The notes: generated by a model from the letters alone, not told the origin. A stretch of DNA of 64,000 bases from Azolla caroliniana (GCA_043228905.1 JBHGNT010000013.1:18476001-18540000); one strand, 5' to 3'. Shown: positions 10,834 through 24,769, counted from the stretch's first letter. Made by a program: numbers and translations.

Positions 10834-13800
10834 ATGCATCTCGAAGAAGGGAGACAAAGAAGAATGAACCCTCATCTTTCTGCAACATGGAGAAGAAGAA
10901 GAAGAAGACGAAGTAGTAGTAGTAATGGCGGTTGTTGCTGTAGATCGACGGACCTTTGTGTCGGAGTGTTAAGGATCGTTTGTGTTTTCTTGGTTCTAAT
11001 CGTCGCGGCTTCGTCCTCTGCATTATTTCTCTTCCCTCGTCTTCTCTCTGTCTTCGCATCTCATCAGCTTGACAAGGTAGCAATACATGGCTCAATGCTG
11101 GGGGTTTTCCCCCATGAAATTCTTCTAGCCTTTTCTTCATTAATCAAGGGCTCTACTTTCTTCGTATTGCATACTATAGGGAGGAATGAGCAGAGAAGAG
11201 ATTTCCTCACAGCTGACCATGCTACCATCTCAAGAGGTAAACAAGGTACCGCAAACCTATATGTTGTCGTTTTCCTTCTCATGCATCTATTCAGAGAAAT
11301 TTTTCGTGTGTATGTGAATAAGTATCTTGCTCGCTGTCGCTTGGTCTATGAATAAGGAACTTGCTCATATCAAGCATCCCCCCTAAATATAAGGAATATG
11401 TCTTACATTTGACATTTGATCTATATATATGTAAGGAATGTAGCCCAAATTTTGGCACTCCATATCTTGTATATACGACAATATTGCTCGCATTTGATGT
11501 TTTGTATCCTGTTTACATAACGATAATGCTCACATATGACATTTGATCGTCATATGTAGGGATCTTGCTCAAACTTGGCATTTGGTCTATTTATGAGGAA
11601 ATTTACATATTTAACCTTTGATATGATCTGTATGTAAGAGTCTTTATCACATTTGACATTTCATATCTTGACATAAGGATATTCTCCTCTCATATGACAT
11701 TTCATAAGGATTGCATGGACATTTGATCTTCGTATTGATTGATTGATATGATGATCTTGCTTAATTTTGACGTTTGATCTATAAATAATGATCTTGCTCA
11801 CATTTGGCATTTCATATCTTGAGTATATAAGGATATTGTTCACATTTTCATTTCTTATCAGGAATATAGAAGGGTCTTGCTCACATTTGACATTTCATAT
11901 CCTGTTTATTAAAGGATATTGCTCACCTTAAACATAAAGACCTGCTGTATTTCTTGTGTTGTGGACTGAATATTGCAAACATATCAATATTTTATTAAAT
12001 ATAATTCACTCACTAACAACACTAAGACGTAAAGGACTACACCTGCACACATTGAGATGTATTATTAAATATTAAATTCTTTTGGTCTAAATTCTGATAG
12101 CGACAACTACGAGATTATACATTCGTATATCTGTTTTCACCTAGATTAATTTGGAATTTTTGGTGAATGGTGGAGATTTAAGCTTTGGGAGCCTCCGCAA
12201 AATCAAGGATTTCAACCTTGTGTTTCTCCTGGTGAATCTTATCATGGTATCTCTCTCTGTCCCCCATTTTGACATGGACAGCAACATCCCCTTCCCAATT
12301 CACATTATCCCAGTGTTTTCTTATTCATTGTCCAATGTATTTTGATGCCCACATTCTCCAGATGTAATATGTTTTACCATTGAATGTGTAGGACTGAAAA
12401 TCTCGAGGGGCTACCTGGTTGTACATGCAAATGGAGGATTGAATCAAATGAGGACAGGGGTAGGGGAGACAGTGCAAATCTAACATTACTTCACCAATGT
12501 ATATGCTAAAAACATTCCATGTGTGCGCAGATTTACATTATCATATTCTAATGGTTAACAGAGAAAATTTGCAGATTTGTGACATGGTGGCTGTGGCATG
12601 GCTCATAAATGCAACTCTTGTCATTCCAGAGCTAGATAAACGATCCTACTGGCAAGATGCTAGGTGTGAAACATATTTCATATATATTAACACAGATTGA
12701 TGCTAGAGTAGATTTGGTTGTAAATGTTTCCTTTGTTATAACTCTTTCATTACTTCTATTAATAAATGCAAGGGTAGGTTTTAGGGCAGGATTCTAGTTA
12801 TGAAACATCTCATATGCATTAGCATAGATTGATGCAACAATAGTTTCTATCAAAAATCTTATTCTTCTTATAACTATTTCGTTACGTCCATTCAGTGTTT
12901 TCTCAGATGTGTTCGACGAAGATTATTTTATGAAGGCATTGCGAAATGATGTGAATATCATAAAGCAGCTTCCTATAGAGCTTCTATCCATCCAAAGAGC
13001 TAGGAAGCATTTTAGAAGTTGGTCAAGTGCAGAGTATTATGAACAGGAAATAACACAGCTCTGGAAAGACTACAAGGTCTTAGATGATTGATTATATAAT
13101 GTTTACTTTCTTTGTTGATATCTTTTTTTAAGGGATTCCTAAGCCTATGTCCCCATCTTACCAGGTTATTCATGCAGTGAAGGCAGATTCTCGCCTCGCA
13201 AACAATAACTTACCTCCTGAAATACAGAAGTTACGATGTCGTGTACAATATGATGCTCTTCGCTTTGCCCCTTCCATTGAAAGTTTAGGAAAGGCAAGTA
13301 TTGGATACGGTTTTTCACCTTACCTCATTTTTTTACCTGAAGTGGTTTAGTGAATACTTACATAGATGTTAGACTGTATACCAGATGCTCGTTGAGAGGA
13401 TGAGATCAAATGGGCCCTTCATTGCTCTTCATCTGCGCTATGAAAAGGATATGCTGGCTTTTAGTGGATGTACATATGGTCTTTCTGATGCAGAGGTTCA
13501 GGAACTGACTATGATCAGGTGCAATTCATTTTTATCTTGTAGATCTGAATCTGAATCACATGTTCTTAGTTCTTTGATTTTTATGCAGGGTAAATACTCC
13601 ACATTGGAGGGTAAAAGAGATCGACTCCAAAAGGCAGAGAGTTGAAGGACGCTGTCCACTTACACCAAAAGAGGTTGGAATATTTTTACAAGCTCTTGGG
13701 TACCCAACAACAACAAATATATATATTGCAGCAGGAGAGATATATAGTAACAATAGCTTAGTGGAGCTCCGAGCTCGCTATCCAAACTTGAAGTCCAAGG

Positions 13801-14734
13801 TACTTGCTTATCCTTAATTTTCTTTCTTTGTAAGTGGCATTGGATGTTCTGATAAATGTTTGAACAAGGAAACAATGGCGATGCCCGAGGAGCTTGAGCC
13901 ATTCAACCATCACGCCTCACAAATGGCAGCACTTGATTACATTGTATCAGTTGAGAGTGATGTTTTTCTTCCATCATATTCTGGGAACATGGCACGTGCA
14001 GTGGAGGGACATCGGCGATTTTTGGGTCATCGCAAAACCATTAGTCCAGATAGGTACCATAAGCTTCAGATCTTTTAGTCCAAATTTGTTCCATCTTTCT
14101 TGAGTTTATTAATTTGTAGGAATTTGCTCGGTTCCAAATTTGTTCCATCCATCTTTCTTTTGCAACCATCGGTTCCACTCCCGTGTTTTATTTTCACTCA
14201 TTTGCTCATTCACATGATCTCACTCTTTTATTCACTTAATTTTTATCCCAGGGTTGTGTTCTTATAAAGCCATGTATATCTTATTTTATCTTATGCATTG
14301 TTTGGAACATCGTGCCAATGTCAAAACGCATTTATTACATAGATCAGAATTTGAGCTGGGACATTGTTTGATTGAGACCACTATTGGCAGGAAGCAGCTG
14401 ATTCAATTGTTTGACCAACTAGATGAGGGTATTCTACATGAGGGCAATGAATTCTCTTGGGTTGTGATGGAGATGCACCGCAATCGGTATTCCCGTGTTA
14501 TAGTATTATGTTATGTCTCCATTTAATAGTATTATATTGTATTTCCTTGTATTCAGAATATGCTTTGTAATGTGACTTTGAATATGCTTATCCAGGCAGG
14601 GAGGACCGAGGGAAAGAAAAGGTCCAGAACCAGATAGCAGGGGTAGGGATCGTTTTAGAACAGAGGAGGCCTTCTACACAAATCCTCTTCCAGATTGCAT
14701 GTGCCAGAAGCAGAAATTTGGAATGAATGGCTAA
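10834..14734 (+). CDS. O-fucosyltransferase-family (GT106, RRT/OFUT-like) type II membrane glycosyltransferase
   Basis: N-terminal TM exon 10834-11076 (start uncertain), probable exons about 11194-11236 and 12177-12246, then 12392-12459, 12575-12663, 12896-13076, 13165-13293, 13385-13518, 13589-13799, 13869-14053, 14391-14486, 14596-14734. Family motifs: [93 protein letters not shown]. Confidence 0.92.
11360..11930. repeat. Degenerate ~40-bp intronic minisatellite
   Basis: Recurring core gctcacatttgacatt(t)cat/gatc..tatataagga, more than 10 imperfect copies. Confidence 0.8.
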
Positions 14735-14902
14735 GATGCTCTTTACTAGAAAGAAACTACTCTGTTCTAGAAAGAAATTACTCTGTTCCTAGGGTCTGGC
14801 CATGTTGGAATAAGCAAGAAGGGCTTTTAATTCTTTTGATGAATACTTTTGAAATATCTACTTTTGGTCTGGGAGCATAATATGGACTGTAGTAGCCCTA
14901 GG

Positions 14903-15047
14903 TCATTTCCTTTCTCTTAATTGTACATGGCCAAAACATCCCTTGTCATTCATTTCCTTTCTCTTAATTAAATGTACATGGCCAGAACATCCCTTGTCAT
15001 TCATTTCGTTTCTCTTAATTAAATGTACATGGCCAGAACATCCCTTG
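14903..15047. repeat. Three ~51-bp tandem repeats downstream of the OFUT stop
   Basis: catttcctttctcttaattaaatgtacatggccagaacatcccttgt occurs three times. Confidence 0.95.
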
Positions 15048-16627
15048 TTATAAACATAAAACCTCAGAAATCTTGTTGAATACTGTCGCCAGAGCCCAGC
15101 AATGAATCTCACTTTTGCAAATAGTAATCATATATTGTAGCTCAAATTTTTTACATTAATGTGCTATAATGGGTTCGAGAGGACATGCATCTTGTTCCAT
15201 TGTCAAGGAGAAGCTTGGAGGATTGCCTTATTTTCTGCCTAATATATGGCTCATTGTTGGTTATTTGCTTATGTGCTTAGTATTTGGCAACACTTCAGTT
15301 TGAACCAAAACTTAACTATGAAACCATGGTCCACAGCTTAGATGATAACCAGTACACAAGAGAATAATGATTATGGAGATGAAGTGCATGGAGGGGTGGG
15401 AGTTTCATCCTTACCATTCCAAGTTTGAAGAATCTAGGTGTTTAATCTATGAAAGATGTTCAAACTGTAGTGAAAAAGTTGCCATAACAATTGGGGAACT
15501 TGAGTTGACAAAATAATTATAGATTGACCCATGCAAACAGAAATTAACCATCAGGGGATTAGTAATAGCCAACTTTGCTCAGTTAATCCACCAATTTTGG
15601 TCAGTTGACAAGGTGACCACCAATTTTGCTCGAGAGATTCTTATATGCAAGGCTATCCTTGTCATTTGTGATCCAATTAGATGCTACCAATCTGGATTCC
15701 AACAAGTTCCAGATTGGCCTATTGCTTTTGAAAGTAAGATTGCTTGTTACTTGTCATCCACTTAAAGGCTACCAATTTGGATCCTTACAAACGCCCTACT
15801 TTAAACTACCAATGCAAGCAAGTCCCAGATTGGCCTATTGCTTTTGAAAGTGAGATTGGGATTTATATTAGAGAGATTCTACCCATGTATGAAATAAATC
15901 AACAGTCAACATCACAAAGGGTGAAGTTATCATACTCCAAAATAAGAGAAATCCAAAACGTGCATTCCTGTATGTTTTTACCTTATATGTATTACGAGCA
16001 GAGAAAGATCTATAAGCCTTAAATGAATCCTTAAATGAATCTACCCTGAACATTCGCATCACCACAATGAATTATGACTTAGGATGGGCTATCCTGCTGA
16101 TAAAGTTACAAATAAAAATTATCAAAAATTAACATGACCTCAAACAGACCAACAATCACCAATGAACTGTTCCAACAGTATCTTGCTGATGAAGTTAGAC
16201 CAATAGAAATTATCAAAAGTTAACATAACCTCAAGCAGACCAACAATCTCAAATGAACTGTTCCAATGAATCTAAGAAAATAATATTTATAGACTTCCGT
16301 GCTCTTTGCCAAAGAAAGAATTTGGACAGTAGAGTCCATGAGAAATAAAAAGCCCAAAAAATAATATATTATTTCATACTGTTCCCTTCACATGGTTCCA
16401 GCACTTCCAACATTATATCAGGTACTAAAGTGTTTCATTAACCTATCAACAAGTTCAAGGTTTTACATTTATGGTCATTGCCAATAGGGCTATACCAACT
16501 TTATATTATTATCTTTAATGAAGTATATATAACGTAGCAACAAATCATGCAAATGAGCAATTGCTCCCGATAAAACCCATTAAGAAAATATTTAATACCA
16601 TAATTGAATGCATTCAATGAGGTAGGG

Positions 16628-19600
16628 TTAGCATGTATTGTCCATATAAGCCAGCAATAGGTCCCTTACAGTTCCTCTGTCTGGCATTTTTGCTGCTGCT
16701 CCATATATTGGTGCCATGCCATCTTCAAAGCTCCGAGGATTCTCTTTTACCTGAAAATGCAATAAAGAGTTGACATTTTTTTTAAAAAGGTTAAAAATAG
16801 TATATAATGAGTCACGCAGTATTGCAACGAGCAGGGAAGACACCCTTACCAAATTCACAGCTTCTGCCAAGTCCTCAAGAAATTGTTCTATTACTGCAAC
16901 GTGTTGTAGAGTTATGCACATATGTACACTGCACATAGACCAAAAAGACTCACATAAATGTGTACACAAATAAGATTTGCAATCTCTCCCTTGGACCTCA
17001 ACTTCCCCGTCATACAAATTTATGTACATGAATGGACCTAACAACCTTCCTTAGCCACCTCATAAATCACCACACCAACCAAACCATTAACAAGAAGTCA
17101 TCACCTACGAAAAAAAGATTAATAGTTTCCAGTATAGGCATGATAAGGTATATTATACCAAGGGTCAGCAAAGTGCTTCCTCTCATTGATCTACAAGTAA
17201 CATGCCATTATCAAGTATTATACCAAGATCAGAGTGCAATCAGAAACCTCAAGGTGACAAGATTTGGATTACTAATGAACTCACTTCCTCGTTCATGTGG
17301 ATAGGGAAGATGCAAAATAGACAGTCTATCACAAGTGAAGCGGTGATTAATCAGCATTGAACCGTGATTTAGTTTTTTTAAATCCTGTGGGTATTATTAG
17401 CGTGCAATTGATAAAGTACTAAATTGGTCATCCTCTTCATATCTCCTTCTCCCTCTCCTTACATGCTGTTGTAAACACTAAACATGTTGTCATTTTGTAC
17501 CTGTTTGGTTTTTGCAAAGCATTGAGACTCCACCCTTTTGCGGTCATCGCATCATTGACCTTGAATATATCAACCACATTAGACCCAAATGCAACCAAGG
17601 TCATCTCAGGCTTTCCAATTATGTATAGATCTGGAATCTCTGAAATCCTGCAAGAAATAAATCAAGTGCTATGTTATGGATGGAAAGCAAGATTTTCATG
17701 TGTTCTTCACCTTTGAAATCGCACTCACCCCTTCTGGAGCTTCTCTGACGCTTCCATCAGTTCACGTACAGCATCCATATACCCTATTCAGGATAAATGT
17801 TGAGAATACTCACAAAATAGTTGCAGAGATAGAATTTTCTTTTGAAACAACTCTAGATCAAGTAGTAGCTGAGTAAGAATACTTACCATTCATTCCAAGA
17901 GACATTAAAGAAGCCCACGCCCCTGCAATTAGGGCACCAGATCGACTTCCTGCCATGCTTGGTGAAATATACAGCCCTCCTGACCATTCTGTCACTAAAA
18001 ATAGCAAAATACAAAAGCAAAAGACCTATTTGTTTACATATAATCCATCATCAGCTACAATAAGATGAATCTAAATGCAGAAGATCTGTGCATAGTATAG
18101 ATGAAAATCTATGCATAGAATATCATACAAAAGAGAGTATGAAGGTTTGTGACATACCAGCAACAAATTGGTGCTACAGCAACATAGATGTACAAATCAT
18201 ATCACAAGAGAGAATTAGTATAGGCGCAATCTAGAAGCAAAATGTAAGAAATCATAACTTGCGTAAATAAACAAACATACTTGACGAATTTCATGATTCC
18301 GATAGAGCACAACACTTGTGCCCTTCGGTCCTAGTCCATACTTATGTACATCAACAGATATAGATGTCACTCCTGGAACAGTAAAATCAAACTCTGGGAT
18401 AGGGTACCTACAGTGAAAATACAGCGAGAGAAAATTGATGGTTATCAATTAAAAGTATGCTAAAACTCTGAGTGGCTTGGGTTTATCTTTAATTCCCCAA
18501 GTGACCCTAGGTATTAATTATTTTACCAAATGCCCTTCGTCAATCCTCGAAAGAAAGAAAATGCAAATAAATTTACATTATAATGCTCAAATTGTCCATA
18601 TAATTCAGAGGAAGGGGATGAATTGGACAATAGAACATTAAATTATCCGTATAATTGCTCAAATAGAACATTTAATTCCTCTTTCCGTGTTTGATCGAGG
18701 AACTTTCTGTAAATATTAAAAAATCTAGGGCATTTCGAAAAATAAAGAACTTGGGTATTTAAGAATTTCTACCTAGAAAGTATGAAAAAAATAGTGAACC
18801 AAAAAGTTACCCTAGTTTTCGTGCAAATGGGAGCACAAAACCACCCAGGCAAAGATCAACATGGAAACAGATACCCTTTTTCTGTGCTAATGCGCCCAAC
18901 TCCTGAACCATCAAAAAGTAGTTCAAAGTACAGCTAATAGTCTCCAATCTCATAAAACAGCCTTGTGAAGTATATAGATTTACTTACTTCTATAGGATCT
19001 ATAACTCCATGGGGGAAGCCTGGTGCAGAGCCAACAATCTGCAAACGATCTTCCAATACCGTGTTACGGAAAAGTAAACCATGGTGAAGGGAGAGTTCCA
19101 CAATATCCACAATATTAAGGACTTTTACCAGGATAGTGTTGGAATTGACCAAACGTCTCACACTCTTAACATCAGCTTTGTAGCCTTGATCTACAGATGC
19201 TCTCCACAACTTAATGTTGAAATATTGAGCAGCTTTGTCATATGCAGAATGTGCAGATACAGGTATGATCCTGTTACATGAAGCACTTTCTAAAACAATG
19301 ATCTTAATTTAATCAATTTCATAAACTGAAATTTAACTTTTGCTCACATTTCAGGGTTTCTGATACCCTTGATTGCTCTCATATAATCTCGAGTTGATTT
19401 AACTGCCATCAAAATGCTTTCTGTTCCACCGGAGGTCATATTTCCACATATGTGCCTCCTCTGAGGTGTTTCATTAGCACCAAGCAAGGAAGCTGTCATT
19501 CCAACCACCTCTGATTCAAACTTTGATATACTTGGGAAAAGGTCTGAATGTAATGGATTTGTATGGGCAAACCTTTAAATGACATAATACACAAAACATC

Positions 19601-22600
19601 GAAAAAATCAGAACAAGCTTAAAATCATTTGACTTCTTATTAGCATATGATGTGATGTCCATTGAATAATGAACTGATATTTTGCTATTATGAAATAAGA
19701 TGTACTTTTTATTGAATGATCAAAGAGAGTAAGGAGAGTAATGGTATTCAGATATTTGTTCATCTTAACATTCTACTGAGCACAATCCCCACTACTTCAT
19801 TCAAATTAACTCACACACAAAAAGAAGCCACTTACATCATATAAGCTGCATTCAGAATGTTGAAATGTCCTTCAGTTTCACTACCCCCTATGTATCTGAA
19901 ATCGAGAAAAACAATCAGCATTCGCCTCATCAGATTCTGGATTATTAAGATTTCTAGAATAGCAGTTCAACTTTTGCTGCATGCCAGTCACCAAATCAAC
20001 TGTTCACCCTTTACTGTGGGCACACCATGTCATTGACATTAATTACATGGAATTTTGAGTTGTTAATCTCTAGTCTTGTTAGGAGAAGTTTTGATGACAA
20101 TAGTATACCAAATACAAATTTATCTTGCATTAAATACTATGCATACTACATTACTAATACACAACATATTACAATGCATATGACCAAGTATTTCCGTTGT
20201 GTTTCATCTAACAATATTTTGGTGTTTTATTTTTTGAGCTGTGCTCAGGGGTCAAATCTTCTCTTTCTATAATTTTGACCTTAGGGATCATGGTTTGCAC
20301 AATGCCCAGAAGTTCCCCCATATCATTATACACCATTAGATTGATTAAAACACACTCTCTCTCATCTCTGGCTAGTTTTAGGAGTCATACTGATGGTAGT
20401 AATGCTAGTGGTAGAGCTCTGATATAGCCATGTGACGGTACATAGAAAAATAGTGGATGATAAGTGATCACTGATGACCAGAGTGTAGTATTCCATTTGT
20501 CGCAGGTATCTACCAATGCATGAAGCGTCTATAACCAAAGCATGCCCATCAACACATCTCCACTTTTGAATATGAATCTGAAGTGTCAGGGTAATAGACT
20601 CTTAAGTAACTGGCATGTTAGCTCTACTTCAACCACATGTCCCATCTCTTCTGCACCAATGCATAACTTTGCTGCCAAAAGTGCAGCCGTAAAATTTGCC
20701 TGAGCTCCATGGTCAATAAAGGATATAGCCATATGATCCAGGCTTGTACCCTATCCTCAGCAACACCTCAGCGCTTTACTGCATGGTTCCTTAGCTACCA
20801 AATCAGGCGCTAGTGCTATTTCTCTTTACAAATGAATCATTTCCTTTATCCATAAAAGTTGTTCTTACTCGATATATTTTCCCATCAGAATTCCTTTTGG
20901 ATCCTTTATGTTCACCAAAATCCTGCTGGGAGGACATTTATCGGCATAATGCTTTTTTCTTCATAATAAAACATTCCCTTTCTTTCTTCATATGTCTTCC
21001 CACTGGAATTCATATATGATCCTTTGCCTTTAGTGAAATCCTGTTTGGGGAACAATTAGAGGTATAATGCCCTGTCCCTTCACAAATATAGCATTTCTTC
21101 CCACTAGATTACTTTTAATCCTTTACCTTCACTGAAATCAATTAGAGGCATAAGGCAGTGTCCCTTAACGAATAAGATATTTCCTTCTTCCATCAAAGCT
21201 TTTTTTCTTGATGTCTTCCCATAGAATTTCTTTTTGATCCTTTACCTTCACTGAAATCCTGCTTGAATGGCTTCTTGGACATGAGTAACCTGAGAAATCT
21301 TTCTTTCCAGAAGATTGTGTGTTTAGGGACTTTGTTTGTGCCTTTAAATTTAGATGCATTTCCTTATAACAACATTGGCCATGTTCGAATTCTCTATCAA
21401 ATACGTAATGTTTGTCTCATCAATCTGTACACAATAGCCCTCATTTCTTTCTATAAACAGCAACAATACATCTCGACCTGTTCAGATAGTGAAATTGTCC
21501 CAAAAGAGCTAATGCAATAAGACTTTCTGGAATCTCTTATTATATTCTTCTAGATTTAGAAGAATTTGAGTAATCAAATTGTGTCAACTTGTCATAAAAT
21601 AATCTTACCCACTACTAAACAAGTTTCAAATTTCTGTGATGCACCTTCTTTCCTTATAATCCTTTAGCTTGTAAAAGTAGCACTAACACCATTTGTCATG
21701 CTAAGTTCCCCACAATATGGTCTTCTAGCAGCTAATTATTCCAGAATGATGTCCTGTAGGATTTCATAGTTTCCAAGAGGTTATATAATGCAAATGTTTA
21801 CTGCCAATGTTTTTGTAATTATGATTGGCATTGACAGATAGCTATTGGTTCAAATTTTGGTCTACAACAATTGAAAAACGTAGGAAATATTTACTGTTAT
21901 GCAGAAAATAAAGAATGCACAGACAAATATTCAACATTGAGAAACATTGGAGAAGACAGAGATTTATATTAGGCAGCAGAGTTAAAAAAGATAGATTGCT
22001 CTAGAGCAAGGAATTAGATACCCTGTCAATCCCAAAGGCAGATGACCCTTTCAATATTTTCTCAGGACCGAATTCTAGAAACACCTGCAGCAGTTTAAGC
22101 CTTTTTAAACTAAAACCCATATGGAAGGCTTCCAAGGTAGTTCCATTGAGGATAGTAAAAAAGAGTGCAAAACAGCCATGATTCCCACAGATTTCAGCAC
22201 CCCAACTTAACTCTCCACTAGTTCTAGACAATTCGAGTTCTACGTCAAAAAGAGGTTTGTTGGATTATGGCAAGTCTCGCTCACATTGGCAAGTGTCAAT
22301 TCCTCCAAAAACGTATTTTAGCCCATTCACTCACTGGTTGTAAGTGTTGTGGGGCCTAAGATAAAATGGCCTTAAAAGGCATAACTTCACAAATGAAAAA
22401 AACCAACGCTAACTGGACAAACTATAACCTGATCCCAGGGATGGCAGCTCTGGCTCCTTTTAGGAGCTATTGGCACCCTGTTCAGACTGAGCATGTGATG
22501 TGATCTTGCCTTTGAATTATTAAATAACATGATAAAAGGGCAAAAATAAAACATGATAACAAATAGGTGAAATATATGATGGTTAGCATTGATAGTATAA

Positions 22601-24769
22601 AACATCTACCATGCAGTGTATGGCTGAACTCATCCAAGGATATGTGTATAGCTAGATAATTAGATTAAATTTTCTCTATGTTTCCTTCATAGAAAAATGT
22701 TTGCACTATTACTTCTTTTAATGATGATAGTACCTACACTGCTCCAGAACTTTTTCCTTGCCATGCCGCATCTTTTGATTTCTCGGATTTCAAACTCTCA
22801 ATAACTTTATCACCCAGCCCTTTAAGAGGCAATTCCAATAGTTTATTCCTGGACTTAATGCCACTCCTCATTTTACTTATAACCTGAAAAGCAACAATGA
22901 GTGTTCACATGTAAGTGTGAAACCAAAGTGGTATGTGATTTTAATATAGGAGGTGGGAATGGAAACAGTGATTATTGAAAGAAACCTCTTCCTTTTGCTT
23001 CTGAATTTTTTTTTTGATTCCTGGAACTTTTCTGTGGTAAACATCAGCTCAACCAATAAGGACATTTCCAAATCGTATGCTAGTCGAAAATGACCACTAA
23101 GAAGGCAGAAGAGAATAATCACAAGACTTACTGTAATATCATCATCAAAACAGATGACATATATGTCTTTAATCCTGCAAAACATATAAGTGAGACTTAT
23201 CAAACGGGAAAGAAAGCTATATGTTCCGCTGATGAATTCACAGGAATCGAACAATCGATGTTTTAATACAACTAGATAACACCAAAACAAATAGACAAGA
23301 AAATGCCTTCAATCTCACAAAGTATATGAAAGAGACAACTATCAGTGGGAAAGAATTATGAACGTTGCATGGGTTTCTATGAGAAGTTTACATGACATTA
23401 CCACTTTTTATGATACTACACAACGATCAATACCGAAACATGCCTTAATCCTGAAAACGATATGGAAGAAATAGTATGTACCACAAAGGAAAGACTTTAT
23501 GAACAACACTATGTTCTTCCATGAGGAATTTTACAGCAATATAACCCTTTGATGCTTGGAATTTACAGTCGTACGGCACAATGATTATCAAAAATTGACT
23601 GAAAAGTTCTTCAATCATTCAAAAACAGACAAATAAGTGTGACTGTTCACCACAAAAGAAAGAGATTATGAACAGAACCGTGTGATTTTGTGAGGAGTTT
23701 AAACTAAAATAAAAATAAATTTGCCATAATCAGACGATTATGAAAAAACTGACAAAAATTGCCTTTATGAGAGGCAGAATAAAACTGTCTACCTTGAGAC
23801 GAACTTACAATAATGTCACAATCCATTTGCAATACAAAATCACTAGATTTTAAATTCAAAGAAAAACCGAAATCGAGCAAATATTAAGGATTTGGACGGT
23901 GAAGAAACAGAAATAGAAATATATCAGACTGATTTGATATGTGAAAGGGAATCAAATATGCAGAAATAGAAGAAAAGCGAAGAGAACTGGAACCAACTGT
24001 GTAAACAGAGATATATATCAGAAAGTACCAACCAGATAAAAGTTCGAAGTGAAACCAAAATCGAACAGAGAAAACGGAAACCGACAACTGTATGAAAACA
24101 GTAACACCTATCAAAGGGAATACATTGATGTAATATCGAAAGAGAGAGAAACTGGAATAGAAAGAAATGAAAATACTGGAAAAAGGAAACGGGATCACAC
24201 AGTGTAGGAGAACCAGAAACAGAAATAAAAAGAAATCGTGAACGAAACCAGAACAGGACTGAAACCGAAGGTGTAAAAGATCAGTCTTTGTCCATGGAAT
24301 TGGAAACAGACTGTATCAGCAAAAAGTGAGGACAAATGAAAGCTTAACAGGCCAGAAACCAACTGGGTAAAAGATAATGATTTTCTACAGGGAAACTGGC
24401 AGTGCAAGAGAGGAAAAATACCAGAAGCAAAAAGGAAACAGTGACAGAGCAGAAACCAATAGTGTAAGACATATTCGTTTCTCCATAGAAACGGACCGTG
24501 TAAGAGAGATCGCACATGAGGAACAAACGGAAAACGGTAAAGGAGACGGTGACAGTACAGGGGGGGAGGAAACGGAGTGAGAAGTTCGGAGCGCACATAC
24601 CTTGGTGCTGAAGCTCGTCGAGAAGCGAGATGAAGGAAGGGAGGAGGACGAAGATGAAGAGGGAAGCGAGGAAGGGGGTGAGGAGGAGGGACAGGGGCTC
24701 GTACTGAGAGAGGCGACGGTTGAGAGAGGATCGGACCTGCGAAAGGACTGCGGAAATCTCCATCGCCAT
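16628..24769 (-). CDS. DPL1: Sphingosine-1-phosphate (long-chain base phosphate) lyase, PLP-dependent
   Basis: Exons about 24769-24601, 23174-23131, 23031-22986, 22883-22738, 19895-19837, 19572-19348, 19270-19129, 19038-18989, 18903-18811, 18407-18281, 18173-18158, 17995-17887, 17783-17729, 17647-17501, 16928-16850, 16750-16628. Motifs: [68 protein letters not shown] (PLP lysine), GMAPIYG. Confidence 0.95.
18479..18775. mobile_element. Degenerate MITE-like inverted-repeat element in a DPL1 intron
   Basis: Imperfect terminal inverted segments (gggt...cccaagt...aaatgccct versus agggcattt...acttggg...acct). No TSD recognised. Confidence 0.45.
20400..21750 (-). mobile_element. Ty3/Gypsy gag-protease remnant inside a DPL1 intron
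   Basis: Zinc knuckle [16 protein letters not shown] (about 21053-21100) with two decayed copies, protease-like '[10 protein letters not shown]' (about 20695-20722) and '[10 protein letters not shown]' (about 20533-20562). Confidence 0.7.

Noticed and set aside
23884-24596. Phe/Ser-rich ORFs of 104-133 aa on the minus strand
   Set aside because: They lie in the pyrimidine-rich first intron of DPL1; compositional artefact.
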